From Mobula birostris (Eukaryota), in the NCBI RefSeq assembly GCF_030028105.1, contig NC_092370.1, positions 113,970,793 through 114,034,792 of the forward strand: DNA of 64,000 nucleotides. Direction: 5' to 3'. The notes beneath the pieces were generated by a model. It did not search any database. It saw only the letters and a list, made by a program, of their open reading frames with translations, and was not told the origin of the DNA. Shown one piece after another: positions 61,332 to 64,000 of the stretch. Position numbers and translations under genes: made by a program. Every line of letters starts with the position of its first letter. Positions within the stretch are counted from its first letter, which is position 1.

Positions 61332-64000
61332 CTGAAGACTCCAGCCTCCTGCCTAGCCTCTAGTCGGAAGACTCCAGCCTCCTGCCTTCACCTCTAACCT
61401 GAAGACTCTAACCTCCTGCCTATCTTCACGCCTGAAGGCTCCAGCCTCCTGCCTAGCCTCAATCCTGAATACTCCAGCCTCCTTCCTAGCCTAAAGCCTG
61501 AAGGTACCAGCCTCCTGCCCCGCCTCAATCCTGAAGACTACAGCCTCCTGCCTAGTCTCAAGCATGAAGACTCCAGCCTCCTGCCTAGCCTCAAGCCAGA
61601 GGACTCAACCCTCCTGCCTAGCCTCAAGCCTGAAGACTCCAGTCCTCCTGCCTAGCCTCAAGCCTAAACACTCCAGCCTCCTGCCTAGCATCAAGCCTGA
61701 AGACTCTAGCCTCCTTCCTAGGCTCAAGCCTAAAGGCACCAGACTCCTGCCGAGCCTCAATCCTGAAGACTCACAGCCTTCTGCCTTGCCTCAAGCATGA
61801 AGACTCCAGCCTCCTGCCTAGGCTCAATCCCGAGGACTTAAGCCTCCTGCTTAGCCTCAAGCCTGAAGACTCCAGCCTCCTGCCTAGCCTCACGCCTGAA
61901 GACTCCCAGCCTCCTGCGTAGCCTCAACCCTGAAAACTCCAGCCTCCTGCCTAGATTCTAGGCCTGAATACTCAAGCCTACAGCCTAGCCGCAAGTCTGA
62001 AGGCTCCAGCCCTCCTGCCTAGCCTCTAGTCGGAAGGCTCCAGCCCCCTGCTTCACCTCTAACCTGAAGACTCCAGCCTCCTGCCTAGCCTGAAACCTGA
62101 AGACTCAAGCCTCCTGCCTAGCCTCAAGCTGAAGACTCTAGCCTCCTGCCTAGATTCAGGCCTGAAGACCCTAGCCTCCTGCCTGGCCTCAAGCCTGAAG
62201 ACTCCAGCCTCCAGCCTAGCCACAAACCTGAAGAATCCTGCCTCCTGCATAGACACCAGCCTGAAGACTCCAGCTTCCTGCCTATCCTGATGCCTGAAGA
62301 CTCCAGCCTCCTGCCTAGCCTCAATCCTGAATTTTTCCAGCCTCCTTCGTAGCCTAAAGCCTGAAGGCACCAGCCTCCTGCTTAGCCTCAAGCCTGAAGA
62401 CTCCAGCCTCCTGCCTAGCCTCATGCCTGAAGGCTCCAGCCTCCTGCCTAGCCTCAATCCTGAATACTCCAGCCTCCTTCCTAGCCTAAAGCCTGAAGGC
62501 ACCAGCCTCCTGCCCCGCCTTAATCCTGAAGACTACAGCCTCCTGCCTAGTCTCAAGCATGAAGACTCCAGCCTCCTGCCTAGCCTCAAGCCAGAGGACT
62601 CAACCCTCCTGCCTAGCCTCAAGACTGAAGACTCCAGCCTCCAGCCTAGCCTCAATCCTGAAGACTCCAGCCTTCAGCCTAGCCTCAATCATGAAGACTC
62701 CAGCCTCCTGCCTAGCCTCAAGCCTGAGGACTCAAGCCTCCTGCTTAGCCTCAAACCTGAAGACCCCAGTCTCCTGCCTAGCCTCAAGCCTAAACACTCC
62801 AGCCTCCTGCCTAGCATCAAGCCTGAAGACTCTAGCCTCCTTCTAGCCTAAAGCATGAAGGCACCAGACTCCTGCCGAGCCTCAATCCTGAAGACTCCAG
62901 CCTTCTGCCTTGCCTCAGGCATGAAGACTCCAGCCTCCTGCCTAGGCTCAAGCCCGAGGACTTAAGCCTCCTGCTTAGCCTCAAGCCTGAAGACTCCAGC
63001 CTCCTGCCTAGCCTCACGCCTGAAGACTCCAGCCTCCTGCGTAGCCTCAACCCTGAAAACTCCAGCCCTCCTGCCTAGATTCTAGCCTGAATACTCAAGC
63101 CTACAGCCTAGCCGCAAGTCTGAAGGCTCCAGCCTCCTGCCTAGCCTCTAGTCGGAAGACTCCAGCCCCCTGCTTCACCCTCTAACCTGAAGACTCCAGC
63201 CTCCTGCCTAGCCTCAAACCTGAAGACTCAAGCCTCCTGCCTAGCCTCAAGCTGAAGACTCTAGCCTCCTGCCTAGATTCAGGCCTGAAGACCCTAGCCT
63301 CCTGCCTGGCCTCAAGCCTGAAGACTCCAGCCTCCTGCCTAGCCACAAACCTGAAGAATCCTGCCTCCTGCATAGACACCAGCCTGAAGACTCCAGCTTC
63401 CTGCCTATCCTGATGCCTGAAGACTCCAGCCTCCTGCCTAGCCTCAATCCTGAATTTTTCCAGCCTCCTTCGTAGCCTAAAGCCTGAAGGCACCAGCCTC
63501 CTGCTTAGCCTCAAGCCTGAAGACTCCAGCCTCCTGCCTAGCCTCATGCCTGAAGACTCCAGCCTCCTGCCTAGCCTCAATCCTGAAGACTCCAGCCTCC
63601 TGCCTAGCCTCAAGCATGAAGACTCCAGCCTCCTGCCTAGCCTGAAGCCTGAGGACACAAGCCTCCTGCTTAGCCCTCAAGCCCTGAAGACTCCAGCCTC
63701 CTGCCTAGCCTCACGCCTGAAGACTCCAGCCCTCCTGCGTAGCCTCAAGTTTGCAGACTCTAGCCTCCTGTCTAACCTCAAGTCTGAAGGCTCCAGCCTC
63801 CAGCCTAGCCTCAAGCCTGAAAAACTCCAGACCGCTGCCTAGCTTCTAGCCTGAATACGCCAGCCTCCAGCCTAGCCTCAAGTCTGGAGACTCCAGCCTC
63901 CTGCCTAGCCTCTAGTCGGAACACTCCAGCCTCCTGCTTCACCTCTAACTTGAAGACTCTAGCCTCCTGCGTAGCCTCACGCCTGAAGACTCCAGCCTCC

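Larger units (their letters stand above)
11760..64000. repeat. 33-bp tandem satellite array, >52 kb, continuing past the window end
   Basis: Consensus CCTGAAGACTCCAGCCTCCTGCCTAGCCTCAAG (14 C, 6 G, 7 A, 6 T; no CpG in the consensus). The 11-residue periodicity of all ORFs in four frames (PEDSSLLPSLK, LKTPASCLASS, LEARQEAGVFR, LRLGRRLESSG) reflects the monomer. Confidence 0.98.

Noticed and set aside
12632-63842. Well over 200 ORFs up to 581 aa with PEDSSLLPSLK / LKTPASCLASS / LEARQEAGVFR / LRLGRRLESSG repeats, suggesting a giant repetitive protein
   Set aside because: The 33-bp monomer is stop-free in four frames on both strands. ORFs overlap on both strands, switch peptide register mid-ORF through non-triplet indels, are broken by TAG variants, and have no unique termini or splice structure.
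11760-64000. Resemblance of the monomer to Alu/7SL (GAGGCTGAGGC.GGAGG...GCTTGAG)
   Set aside because: The match is short and low-complexity, no other 7SL/Alu sequence is present, and the monomer is explained by its own heptamer sub-structure.
11760-64000. CRISPR-like array interpretation of the 33-bp periodicity
   Set aside because: No unique spacers, no cas genes, and a vertebrate context; monomers are directly adjacent.

Overview
Eukaryotic vertebrate DNA, most likely from a cartilaginous fish (inferred from TRGV style and the CR1/SINE/Tc1 repeat content). Three parts. (1) 1.3-3.3 kb: two T-cell receptor gamma-type V segments on the minus strand. One is intact (2797-3140; in-frame leader, perfect 23-RSS). 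The other has an open V exon but a broken RSS heptamer and no upstream ATG (1383-1690). No J or C segment is in the window; by orientation they would lie to the left. (2) 3.6-11.2 kb: layered transposon debris, comprising a decayed CR1 LINE carrying two nested solo LTRs, a tRNA-derived SINE, a Tc1 element rebuilt as a 1.7-kb foldback of two transposase 3' halves, and CR1 scraps. (3) From 11186: an LTR-like 5' end whose downstream part grades into a >52-kb array of a 33-bp monomer (CCTGAAGACTCCAGCCTCCTGCCTAGCCTCAAG) running off the window end. The array has two interleaved subfamilies, higher-order repeats of about 2.4-6.7 kb, and a 13-N assembly gap. The many ORFs in the array are artefacts of an 11-codon monomer that is stop-free in 4 of 6 frames. 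The most notable observation is a large, strand-asymmetric satellite that appears to have arisen inside an LTR directly 5' of a TCR gamma V cluster.
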